In this document: one piece after another, positions 1-8,982 of the stretch | Numbering within the stretch: the first letter of the stretch is position 1 | Layout of the letters: every line of letters begins with the position of its first letter | NCBI GenBank assembly: GCA_041640595.1 | Contig: JBEPZY010000009.1 | Coordinates: 96,001-160,000, forward strand | DNA from: Gemmatales bacterium | GTDB lineage: Bacteria; Planctomycetota; Planctomycetia; Gemmatales; HRBIN36 | Length of the DNA: 64,000 bases | Direction of reading: 5' to 3' | Made by a program: the position numbers and the translations under genes | Notes under the pieces: model-generated | What the model saw: only the letters and a program-made list of their open reading frames with translations | What the model was told of the DNA's origin: nothing | Databases searched by the model: none

Positions 1-1078
1 CCGGGCGAAGCCGCATGCCCAGCAGTTTCCAGACCAGTTCGGCATGTTGCTGTTCCGGTGTATTACGCGGAAAGCGGAGCTGGGCGGTGCGCTCTTCCTG
101 ACCGCGCCGGAAACGCACGGATAACGATTCACCCGCAGGCAGGTCGAGCAGGGCACGTTCCCAATCCAGCGAGTGAGCGATCGGCAGGGAGTTGGCTTCC
201 AGGATAATATCGCCCGGTTGAATACCAGCACGTGCGGCGGGGCTATCTGCTTCCACACGTTCCACGCTGACCCATCGCTGAGCCGGGCGGTTCGGATCGC
301 TGACGTCCACACAATCGCGCAGAACCAGGCCGGTGCGCAGTTCCACGGGCCGAAGGCTTGCAAACATGTCCGCCGTCAGCCGCAATACCTCGTCAATGGG
401 CAAAGCAAAGGCGATACCCTGAGCCCCGGCCCGAATGGCCACATTCACGCCGATCAATTCGCCGTCCACGTTGAGCAACGGGCCTCCGGAATTGCCTGGA
501 TTAATGCTGGCGTCGGTCTGAATCAGTCCCTTGTAAACGAGGTCGCGGTTGAGCGTTACGTTACGCCCCAGAGCGCTGATCACCCCCACGGTGACGCTGT
601 GTTCGTAGCCGTAGGCATTGCCGATAGCAATCACCGTTTCGCCCAGCATGAGATCGCTCGAGGTGCCGATGGGCATGGTGGGCAGGGATCGGGCGGCCTC
701 GATTTTGAGCAAGGCGAGATCGTTTTCGCGGTCGCGTGCCACCAGCCGGGCCGAATATCGGCTCCCATCCAGCAGAATGACGCGGATGCTGCTTACATCT
801 TCAACCACGTGATGATTCGTCAGGATGTAACCGCGTGGGTCGAGAATGATGCCGGTGCCCATGCCGCTGGAGCGCGAAGTGGGCGGAGGATGAACGAAAT
901 CATCACCGACGATGTTGCGAACCTGGCGTTCGCTTTGAATGCTGACAACCGCCGGGCGGGCACGTTCGACCGCTTTGACAATGGCCGTCCGCCGCGTCGC
1001 TGCCGAAGCCCAGACCAGTCCCCAGACGGCAGTAAATGCCGCTACCCACCCCGTCCATTTCACCAGTTGCCAAGCCAT
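1..1078 (-). CDS. HtrA/DegP-family trypsin-like serine protease with PDZ domain(s); 3' end runs off the window
   Basis: Manual translation from ATG 1078 (GGAG upstream): signal-like MAWQLVKWTGWVAAFTAVWGLVWASA, then RRTAIVKAVERARPAVVSI, SGMGTGIILDPRGYILTNHHVV and PDZ-like VEADSPAARAGIQPGDIILE. Not in the ORF track because it has no stop in the window. Confidence 0.9.
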   Translation of the reverse strand, partial: MAWQLVKWTGWVAAFTAVWGLVWASAATRRTAIVKAVERARPAVVSIQSERQVRNIVGDDFVHPPPTSRSSGMGTGIILDPRGYILTNHHVVEDVSSIRVILLDGSRYSARLVARDRENDLALLKIEAARSLPTMPIGTSSDLMLGETVIAIGNAYGYEHSVTVGVISALGRNVTLNRDLVYKGLIQTDASINPGNSGGPLLNVDGELIGVNVAIRAGAQGIAFALPIDEVLRLTADMFASLRPVELRTGLVLRDCVDVSDPNRPAQRWVSVERVEADSPAARAGIQPGDIILEANSLPIAHSLDWERALLDLPAGESLSVRFRRGQEERTAQLRFPRNTPEQQHAELVWKLLGMRLRP

Positions 1079-1347
1079 GGTGTCTGCACTCCCGGTGTGC
1101 TGCAAGGAGAGGCGCGCTGGGTGGCCCATGCGATCTCGGCAAGGCGAACGCTTTTCTCCAGGCGAACCGGCCCGATATACCGCGAAAATTCACCGCCAGG
1201 GTTGCGGCTGTGCTTGCGGTAACGATTGGGCCCGAAAGTGCCGGCGATTCGCTGGGAGCGGGTGGAAACAATCGCAGCAACTTTCCCGCGCTACAATAAA
1301 GCACGGAACCAGCGGTCAACGGAGCTGGACATTCTGGGGGCAAGACC

Positions 1348-1668
1348 ATGTCGCAACCACCGACGCGCCGGCAAAAACTGGAAGCGCTGCTGGCTCAGGA
1401 ACCGGACGATCCGTTCTTGAAATATGCCCTGGCAATGGAATGCGCTAACGAGGGCGATGACCACGCTGCCGTGGATTGGTTTCAGCGTCTCACCCAGGAG
1501 CATCCCGATTATATTGCCGGTTACCACCAGTTTGGCAAACTGTTATTGCGGCTGGGACACGTGCAGGAAGCCGAAGCGGTGTTGCAGCGAGGCATTGCCA
1601 GAGCTCGCCAGCTTGGCGATCTGCATGCCGCCGAGGAAATGGAAGCGTTGCTCACCAGCCAGGCCTGA
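1348..1668 (+). CDS. Small tetratricopeptide-repeat protein
   Basis: EPDDPFLKYALAME ... HPDYIAGYHQFGKLL ... EAEAVLQRGI follows the TPR pattern. Confidence 0.85.
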   Translation: MSQPPTRRQKLEALLAQEPDDPFLKYALAMECANEGDDHAAVDWFQRLTQEHPDYIAGYHQFGKLLLRLGHVQEAEAVLQRGIARARQLGDLHAAEEMEALLTSQA

Positions 1669-1759
1669 AATGTCGCCTGCTTCGGACGAACAGGACGCCT
1701 GGTGCCACCGTGAGCGCTTTCAGCAGCGGCGCTCAAGAAGGCACGCTCGCCCAGCGAAA

Positions 1760-2557
1760 TCAGCCTCGCTGATGCAGTTGCACGGGCGGCACTGATTGCG
1801 GTAAATCCATGCGGATAATTACCGGTTCGGAGAGTGGTTCCCGGCTGGGCCGATTCGGGGTCAATATATCTTGCTTCCCGGTGGTAGCTGAAGATGGATC
1901 GCTGAGGCGAAGGAATGGCAGGATGGCCGGCGAAGCAGACCGCAACTGTTGACGGGCCAGCAAAATGTGCAACTGGCAGCGCCGCCGCAAATCGCCGATC
2001 GCAGCTTTGTCCCGATGCAACAGGCGGGCTTGTTGCACTAACCGTTCCGCTTCGGCAAAACGATCGCAGGCCAGCAACAGTTCCAGCAACCAGGCGAGAT
2101 ATCGCAACGAATGCGGCGCCAGCGACCAGGCACGATGCAGATACCGCAACGCCAACCGCGGTTTCCCGGCATCGGCAAGGCATCGCCCCAATTCCGCCCA
2201 GTAGGCGGCACGACCGGGAGAGCGTTTCACTGCCAGCCGCAAATGGCGTAACGCACGCTGCCAGCAGTCCGGACGCTGTTCCTTTCGCCACAACCGGCCC
2301 AGGCGGTAATGCCAGCGGGCCTCGCCAGGCTGGCAGCGCAACAATTGCCGAATATGCCCGCGAGCCTCCTCCCGGTTTCCGAATCGCTCAGCAATCCGCG
2401 CCAGATAAACCCGTGCCAGTCGCCACGGCCGTGAACCAGGCTCGCTCAACCGCAACATTTGCTCGAAACAACCTCGGCTGGCATGCCACTGCTGCACCTG
2501 GAGCAACCGTTTTCCCCGACGCAGCAACCATGAGAGAATGCGCAATCGGGCCGTCAT
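1760..2557 (-). CDS. Tetratricopeptide-repeat protein (Arg-rich)
   Basis: TPR-like helices (PGEARWHYRLG, PGRAAYWAELGRCL); GGAGG RBS just upstream of ATG. Confidence 0.75.
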   Translation of the reverse strand: MTARLRILSWLLRRGKRLLQVQQWHASRGCFEQMLRLSEPGSRPWRLARVYLARIAERFGNREEARGHIRQLLRCQPGEARWHYRLGRLWRKEQRPDCWQRALRHLRLAVKRSPGRAAYWAELGRCLADAGKPRLALRYLHRAWSLAPHSLRYLAWLLELLLACDRFAEAERLVQQARLLHRDKAAIGDLRRRCQLHILLARQQLRSASPAILPFLRLSDPSSATTGKQDILTPNRPSREPLSEPVIIRMDLPQSVPPVQLHQRG

Positions 2558-2910
2558 GGTTAGCCTCCTTGCTGATTCTTGTCGGTCCTCCTGACCGGAT
2601 GGGCGTTCATTGTAATTGCGGCATAGCCTGGTTCAAGTCCAGCTGCTGTCGAGTCTGTTAATCCCCCGCCAGCCCCCCGGCGACGCGGTACAACGAACCA
2701 GGGCCAGCAGCCACCCAAATTCCGGAGAGAAACACGTGTTTCCTTGCACGGAATTCGCGTCTCGCTAGCACGGCTAATGTCCGCCGCTCTCAAAGCGGAG
2801 TACGTTATTCGCGGCAACATCCCCGCGGGCGTCCGATCCCCGCTCTTGGTACGGACGGAACGTGTGCCGGTGAAATGGCGACTTTTGCGATGTACAAACG
2901 CACGTACAGC

Positions 2911-4541
2911 CAGGAGCGGGGGGGCGTAAGCCCCCCGTGGCTGGGCAACCGACCGGGACGGCAATGACGTTTGGCAGTATTGGACCGCATCGTGCGTGTG
3001 GAGCCTCTTACAGAGCGACCACGATGGCAACGACGTCTGCCAACCCAGCGGCAGCAGTTTTCTGCATGTTTGCGGTACCGCCCATGCAAATGCATTTCCG
3101 CGAGCCACGGCGGGCTAACGCCCACCGCTCCTGTGAATGTGCGTTTGTCCATCGCAAATAGCGCTTTGGCAGCGAACGAACACCGTGCACCAAGAGCGGC
3201 TGGCGTAAGCCAGCCGTGGTTGGCGAGCGTTCCCGTTCGCAAACAGCGTTCATGACCGCCAACACGTTTCCGAGCCACGGCGGGCTGACGCCCGCCGCTC
3301 CTGATCTTGTGCTCGCCAGCCGCTGGACAATGTTCGATTCTCGCGGGACAGCGTCCCGTTCACCGAGCCACGGCAGGCTAACGCCCGCCGGTCTTGTGGC
3401 GCTGCGTGTGTGCGGTGCGGATGGCGTTTCCCGCAATAATCAGGCGCGGTGCACCAGGAGCGGCTGGCGTAAGCCAGCCGTGGTGAACGCAACCGTTGCA
3501 CCGGCGGGAAACGCACTTTTGCAACGGCGTCCGGCTTGCAATCAGGAGCGGCTGGCGTGAGCCAGCCGTGGTTGGCGAGCGTTCCCGTTCGCAAACAGCG
3601 TTCATGACCGCCAACACGTTTCCGAGCCACGGCGGGCTGACGCCCGCCGCTCCTGTGAATGTGCGTTTGTCCATCGCAAATAGCACTTTGGCAGCGAACG
3701 AACACCGTGCACCAGGAGCGGCTGCGGTAAGCCAGCCGTGGTGAACGCAACCGTTGCACCGGCGGGAAACGCACTTTTGCAACGGCGTCCGGCTTGCAAT
3801 CAAGAGCGGCTGGCGTAAGCCAGCCGTGATGGGCGAGCGTTCCCGTTCGCAAACAGCGTTCATGACCGCCAACACGTTTCCGAGCCACGGCGGGCTAACG
3901 CCCGCCGCTCCTGAGCTTGTGCTCGCCAGCCGCTGGACAATGTTCGATTCTCGCGGGACAGCGTCCCGTTCACCGAGCCACGGCAGGCTAACGCCCGCCG
4001 CTCCTGATCTTGTGCTCGCCAGCCGCTGGACAACGTTCGATTCTCGCGGGACAGCGTCCCGTTCACCGAGCCACGGCGGGCTAACGCCCGCCGCTCCTGA
4101 GCTTGTGCTCGCCAGCCGCTGGACAATGTTCGATTCTCGCGGCACAGCGTCCGGTTCACCGAGCCACGGCGGGCTGACGCCCGCCGCTCCTGTGAATGTG
4201 CGTTTGTCCATTGCAAATAGCGCTTTGGCAGGGAACGAACACCGTGCACCAGGAGCGGCTGCGGTAAGCCAGCCGTGGTGAACGCAACGGTTGCACCGGC
4301 AGGAAACGCACTTCCGCAACGGCGTCCCGCTTGCAATCAAGAGCGGCTGGCGTAAGCCAGCCGTGGTGAACGCAACCGTTGCACCGGCGGGAAACGCACT
4401 TCTGCAACGGCGTCCGGCTTGCGATCAGGAGCGGCTGGCGTAAGCCAGCCGTGGTGAACGCAACCGTTGCACCGGCGGGAAACGCACTTCTGCAACGGCG
4501 TCCGGCTTGCGATCAGGAGCGGCTGGCGTAAGCCAGCCGTG
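2911..4541. repeat. REP/BIME-like mosaic of 18 hairpin units in two orientations
   Basis: Forward units ca(g/a)gagCGGCTGGC-gtaa-GCCAGCCGtg at 2911, 3191, 3455, 3543, 3713, 3801, 4250, 4338, 4426, 4514. Reverse units cgagccaCGGCGGGC-t(a/g)ac-GCCCGCCGctcctg at 3101, 3271, 3364, 3623, 3881, 3974, 4067, 4160. Linkers of about 50-60 bp recur. Confidence 0.9.
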
Positions 4542-4847
4542 ATGGGCGAGCGTGATTGCAATGGCGAAAACGCAGTTGGTAACGGCGATCGGGCGGTCGC
4601 ATGTTGTTGGAACCGCGTAGGCATTCCGTGAAATGAACCCGGCTGGCCAACCTCTGCCGCTCCAGGTTGGGGGCGTGGATTTTCCACTTTGCAGGCGGAT
4701 TCGCCGAGTGTAAATTTGTGGGGGGACGAACAACTGCGGAGCTTTCGGCAACGGCTGCCTTGGTCAAAAGCCGAGGCGAAATTGAACCGCTCCGGACGGC
4801 AGCCATTCCCCTGACACTCGGGTGGTGTCCTCGTAAGGAGAACCAGC

Positions 4848-5507
4848 GTGGGCAGATCAGCAATAGCGAAGGATGATCGCGACGGCCTTCGTTCTCGCGT
4901 TGGCTGGCAATGGTGGACGGGTGCCTGGGTAATTCTCGGCCTGGCTGCTGGGTTCAGCGCGGCGGTTTGGGCACAGGATACCGAAAATCTGCCGCCGGGC
5001 ATTCGCAAAACCGAGCAAGGCTATTTGCATGTGGCATCGCAATTTGAGCTCCGGCCGGGCAAGGATTGGCTCGTAAAGTCGCCTGAACTGGTGCAGAAGT
5101 TTCCCGCGTTTTCGCTGCGGCGACGCCTCCCTGGCCAGGAAAAGGGGGTGGTCGAGGTTAGCATTACCCTGGTGCCCATGGGGGAGTTGCCGCTCCAGGA
5201 AATTGTCCAGCAAGAACTGCAGGTCTTGCAACTGATTTACGGTGCGAAAATGGTTGGCGATGCGGAAGAGGTGGACCTGGCCACACAACCGCCGCGCAAG
5301 GGTTACCGTATTCTCCTGCAGGATGGCCCTTCCCGCAACGGTCGGGAAGCGGGGGTCGTGTATCTGTTTGCGACCGGCGACGATCCGAAAACGGCCTGGC
5401 GGGTTCGTGTCCGGGCTAGCTGGAACAAACCGGCCACCAAAGAAGCTGCTGCCGAGGTCGAAAAATTGTTGCCTTCCCTCCACATCGTCCAGCAGGAAGG
5501 GCAGTAA
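4848..5507 (+). CDS. Hypothetical exported protein
   Basis: AAGGAG RBS before GTG; hydrophobic signal ending AVWA-QD; plausible globular composition. Confidence 0.7.
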   Translation: MGRSAIAKDDRDGLRSRVGWQWWTGAWVILGLAAGFSAAVWAQDTENLPPGIRKTEQGYLHVASQFELRPGKDWLVKSPELVQKFPAFSLRRRLPGQEKGVVEVSITLVPMGELPLQEIVQQELQVLQLIYGAKMVGDAEEVDLATQPPRKGYRILLQDGPSRNGREAGVVYLFATGDDPKTAWRVRVRASWNKPATKEAAAEVEKLLPSLHIVQQEGQ

Positions 5508-5534
5508 GCTGCCGACTTGCTGACTGCTTCCTCC

Positions 5535-5885
5535 TCAGCGAACCAGACCGTCTTTGAATACGAAAGCCACCGCTGCGATAATGAGCAAAAACGCCACCAG
5601 GTAATTCCACTTGAAGTCCTCACGCAAATACCAGATCGAGAACGCCGAAAACACCATCAGCGTAATCGCTTCCTGAATGATTTTGAGCTGGGCGACGGTC
5701 ATGCGTTCGTGCCCGATCCGGTTGGCTGGCACCTGCAGGCAGTATTCGAAAAAAGCGATACACCAGCTGGCCAGTATCGCCGACCACAGGGCGCTTTGTT
5801 TGTAACGCAGATGCCCATACCAGGCGAAGGTCATGAAGATGTTCGAGAGTGTGAGCAAAAGGACTGTCAGGGCGATTTCGCGCAT
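5535..5885 (-). CDS. DMT-family small membrane protein (DMT_6-like)
   Basis: SNIFMTFAWYGHL, SWCIAFFEYCLQVPANRIG and QLKIIQEAITL motifs. Confidence 0.9.
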   Translation of the reverse strand: MREIALTVLLLTLSNIFMTFAWYGHLRYKQSALWSAILASWCIAFFEYCLQVPANRIGHERMTVAQLKIIQEAITLMVFSAFSIWYLREDFKWNYLVAFLLIIAAVAFVFKDGLVR

Positions 5886-6239
5886 AGACCGAATTTCCAC
5901 CTTTCAGCCGTTCGCTGAGCAGGGCACTACATGCCGCGACACACCGTCCGTTGTCAAGACGATCCGCACGGCACGCCTGCCACGGACTGCCTCAGCCCCC
6001 ACCATCGCCACAAAAGCGGTCATGGTTGTCAAGACAGTCCGCGCGGCATGGCTGCCACGTATTGCTTTTGCCGGGCTTGAATCCAAGCACGCTTCCGGCG
6101 TCCCTGAATTCTTTGCACACGCTTCCCACTCCGCAAGGGGCGGGAACCTCATCGTGCCTGGAAAATCAAGGAAAAACGCGTCGGAGACTCTCCCGCAAGC
6201 GACGGTAGAGCTATTCTCCCCAACCGCGTGACCAGTCCC

Positions 6240-6356
6240 AAACTCGCCGGCGCGAACGTAACCCAGATACCACACCCGCACCGAGCCATCCTCACATCCG
6301 CATACAGGATACCGGCCATCGAGCATCACGGCCAGACTTAGGAACCAGTTTTGCGG
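6240..6356 (-). pseudogene. Remnant of a WD40-repeat gene
   Basis: Minus strand reads NWFLSLAVMLDGRYPVCGCEDGSVRVWYL, a decayed WD40 repeat; no intact WD40 ORF surrounds it. Confidence 0.5.
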
Positions 6357-6433
6357 GACGCTTCTGGCAGATAAAGCGTGTCTGGCTACCAGTCGCGGCC
6401 AGACCTGGAACCTATTTTACTCTGTCTAAAAGA

Positions 6434-6794
6434 TGACCTATCCCCAGCTTTAGTTGGGCAGGCCGCTTCGCAGAACCCCGTCAGACAATGGCTTATAAAA
6501 GTCCTATTTGTCGGTCTCGGGAACCAAACGCCCCCTCGTTCCAGCATTCGGTACGAGAATAGGACTGGCATTGCTGCAGACGACCATCACCAAACGCCAC
6601 CTCATTCCAGCGTTCGGTCTGCCCATTGCAGCCCACCGCGTGCCGGGCGATTGACTACCTCCTTTGAAGCCCCGAAGAAACTCGGCGGAGTTCTCGATGC
6701 TCCCTCTGTCCCCGGAAAAACAGGCCATCTGACGGAACCGTCATTATCCGCCCGCCTTACGTCCGGGTGAGCCCCAAAGCTGGGGGATGAGTCA
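6434..6794. mobile_element. Non-autonomous IS3-like element (MITE), copy 1
   Basis: Ends TGACCTATCCCCAGCTTT ... AAAGCTGGGGGATGAGTCA are imperfect terminal inverted repeats with 5'-TG...CA-3' termini; no transposase ORF. Confidence 0.55.
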
Positions 6795-6805
6795 GCAATC
6801 ACGGC

Positions 6806-7105
6806 CGACCTATCCCCAGTTTTGGTAAGGGCAGGCGATTTCGCAACACACCCCCAGACAAGAGGTTACGAAAACTCCCATTTTTCCGGCCTCACGCACC
6901 TGGCGCTCACATCGTTGCAGCGTTTGGCCAAGCCGATCGCAGCCAATTGCGTCCCTAGCGGTCGGCGGCCCTTTGCCAAAACCTGAGCAAGCACAGGCGG
7001 GCCTTGCGTGTTCCAAATGACCCCGGAAAAACAGGCCATCTGACGTAACCGTTATCATCCGCCCGCCTTACGTCCGGTTGAGCCCCAAAGCTGGGGGATG
7101 AGTCA
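6806..7105. mobile_element. Non-autonomous IS3-like element (MITE), copy 2
   Basis: Left end cGACCTATCCCCAGTTTT; 7021-7114 is near-identical to 6710-6803; interior differs from copy 1. Confidence 0.5.
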
Positions 7106-7118
7106 GCAATCACGCCGC

Positions 7119-7148
7119 TTGACGCCCATGCGGCGCGGACAGTAAAAT
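7119..7148 (+). promoter_or_regulatory. Putative sigma70 promoter of tRNA-Ile
   Basis: TTGACG-N18-TAAAAT ending 10 nt upstream of the tRNA. Confidence 0.55.
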
Positions 7149-7158
7149 ACGCTGTGCT

Positions 7159-7232
7159 GGGCGCATAGCTCAGTTGGTCAGAGCGCATCCCTGATAAGGA
7201 TGAGGTCGCAGGTTCGAATCCTGCTGCGCCCA
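7159..7232 (+). tRNA. tRNA-Ile (GAT), CCA not encoded
   Basis: GGGCGCA/TGCGCCC acceptor stem, D arm TAGCTCAGTTGGTCAGAGC, anticodon arm CATCC-CTGATAA-GGATG, T arm GCAGG-TTCGAAT-CCTGC. Confidence 0.97.
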
Positions 7233-7860
7233 CTGGACGATTGTACACTAAGTGGCACGGATTGCTAAGTAGCGATACGGACGTAACTTGCGGTTGGGGG
7301 CTGTTTTGGCGGCTGTGCTCTATATCGCTTGATAACGCCGTTTGGTCATGCGGATTTCGCTGCGCCGGGATATTCCCGCTCTGTATTGTCGGAATTTCGT
7401 TGCCTTGCTGGTTCTGGACACGCTGGCTCCGGGCAATGGAACTGGTGCAAAAATGGCTTCTCCGTCATAGCCACGGCTTCGTACTCCGCTGTCCATGAGA
7501 GGGGATAAATTGTCCCTTTCCACTATCCGCACTCTGGTCATTCACAGTCTTGGCCACTCTGCTGGGCCTCTATCCACCTGGTAAACGCCGCGGCAGATCA
7601 CGCATCTACGAGGATTCCCTCACTCTCTGGCCGTTTCAGATCCGTCACCGGCTCTCCTACCGCGAAGGTGCTCAGTATCGCCCAGCAGCAGGGATTTCGA
7701 GTGCCGTCTTTGCAAGCCTGCCACTACCGCGTGCATGAGTTGGATCCTGAGTTACTGCAAAGACCTTCACTGCCGAATCTCGGCCGGGGACACCGTGGAA
7801 CAAAAAAAATTATTGTTCACCAGAGGGCGATGCCGAGCGTATATTAATACAGAGCAACCC

Positions 7861-8244
7861 GGGGGCGAACTGGCTTCGACCGGGTGTGCGAAAGCGTCAG
7901 TGGCGTGTCGTGGTTGGTCGGTGGGCCACGTAAAAAGCCGACCGAACCCAAAGTGCCGAAGCGCACTACGCTCTGGCTGCCTAACCCTACACCGCAGCCC
8001 CGAACCGCGAGCCTTGCCTGAGGGCGAGCGGATCTCGGCGATGCTTATCAGGCCCCCAGCAGCAGCTACCGGCGGAACTGCTGGCGGTAACCATGGCCGG
8101 TTAGCGATGGGTCGGTCCCGCCTGCTGGATCGCCCGGAGCGAAACGGCACGACCGATTTTCGGTACGGCCACAAAAGCAGGCTACACACGTAGAAGCTGG
8201 CGCGGAGCCACTCCGGGACGCGGGTTCGATTCCCGCCGCCTCCA
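7861..8244 (+). ncRNA. ssrA: Transfer-messenger RNA; tag reading frame AEAHYALAA* at 7955-7984
   Basis: 5' GGGGGCGAACTGGCTTCGAC; 3' GCGGGTTCGATTCCCGCCGCCTCCA with G-U acceptor pair; tag ends YALAA-stop. Confidence 0.97.
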
Positions 8245-8427
8245 CTGTCATGCCTCTCCATGTTGGTTCGCAAAGCCTCGTACCGAGCCGTCCAAACCGT
8301 TTCCATGCGATCGCCCCGCCCGCACTACCGTAGCGCGGTTGACGATCTGACGCTGCTTGCAAGCGGGACCGCTCCATCCGCATAAACCCGACAAGTGTCC
8401 CCAGACACGTCCATAGTCGCAGAAACG

Positions 8428-8705
8428 ATCGCGGACAATCGTGGCGGAAACTCCGGGCATAGATGGAACCTCCTTCGGGGTGCCCGCGACCACCGCGGAT
8501 TATCCTTGCGGTAAGACGCTCTGAACGCTCTACTAGGCACTGTGTGCGATACATATCCGAAAACGCTGCTGACCATCGCGGGCAATCCTTGCGGAAGGAT
8601 GCGGCTGTCCCTGACCATCGCGGATTATCGTTGCGGTAGCACGCTCCGATGCCGGCCAAATAGCGGAACGCTTGCAAAGCCACCGCGGACAGTCCTTTCC
8701 AGACG
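8428..8705. repeat. Five degenerate ~30-bp direct repeats downstream of ssrA
   Basis: Core CGCGG(A/G)(T/C)(T/A)ATC(C/G)T(T/G)GCGG near 8430, 8493, 8577 and 8619, with a weaker copy near 8684. Confidence 0.55.
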
Positions 8706-8982
8706 AACGGTTTGCGGACGTGCTTCTCATCGAGCTTGCGGCCAATCGCCGGGAGCATTCGTTCGCTCAGCGTGCAGCTAGCTGAAAACGACATCCGTTT
8801 CCGTTCGCCATTTTCCAGTTCTTGATGTGGCGTAACGCTTTCCGGGCTTGAAGTTTGCAACCGATATTTGCCTCCGTGTTTGGGACGTCACGCAACCATC
8901 CCTGCCTGATTTGTAACGTTTGCAAACTCTCCAGCGTTAACCATCTGGGCCGAAACAAGGGCAACCGAAAAGGAGACCCAGC

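Noticed and set aside
173..1222. 349-aa plus-strand ORF
   Set aside because: Antisense shadow of the HtrA-like gene. The same applies to long shadows over carB, ptsI, larC, nagB and the ABC genes.
2911..4541. CRISPR array
   Set aside because: Spacers recur as a few fixed types, repeats occur in both orientations, and no cas genes are present.
2560..4863. Many overlapping repeat-peptide ORFs (e.g. HGGLTPAAP, HHGWLTPAA)
   Set aside because: Translations of the palindromic DNA array in several frames on both strands; conservation is at the hairpin level.
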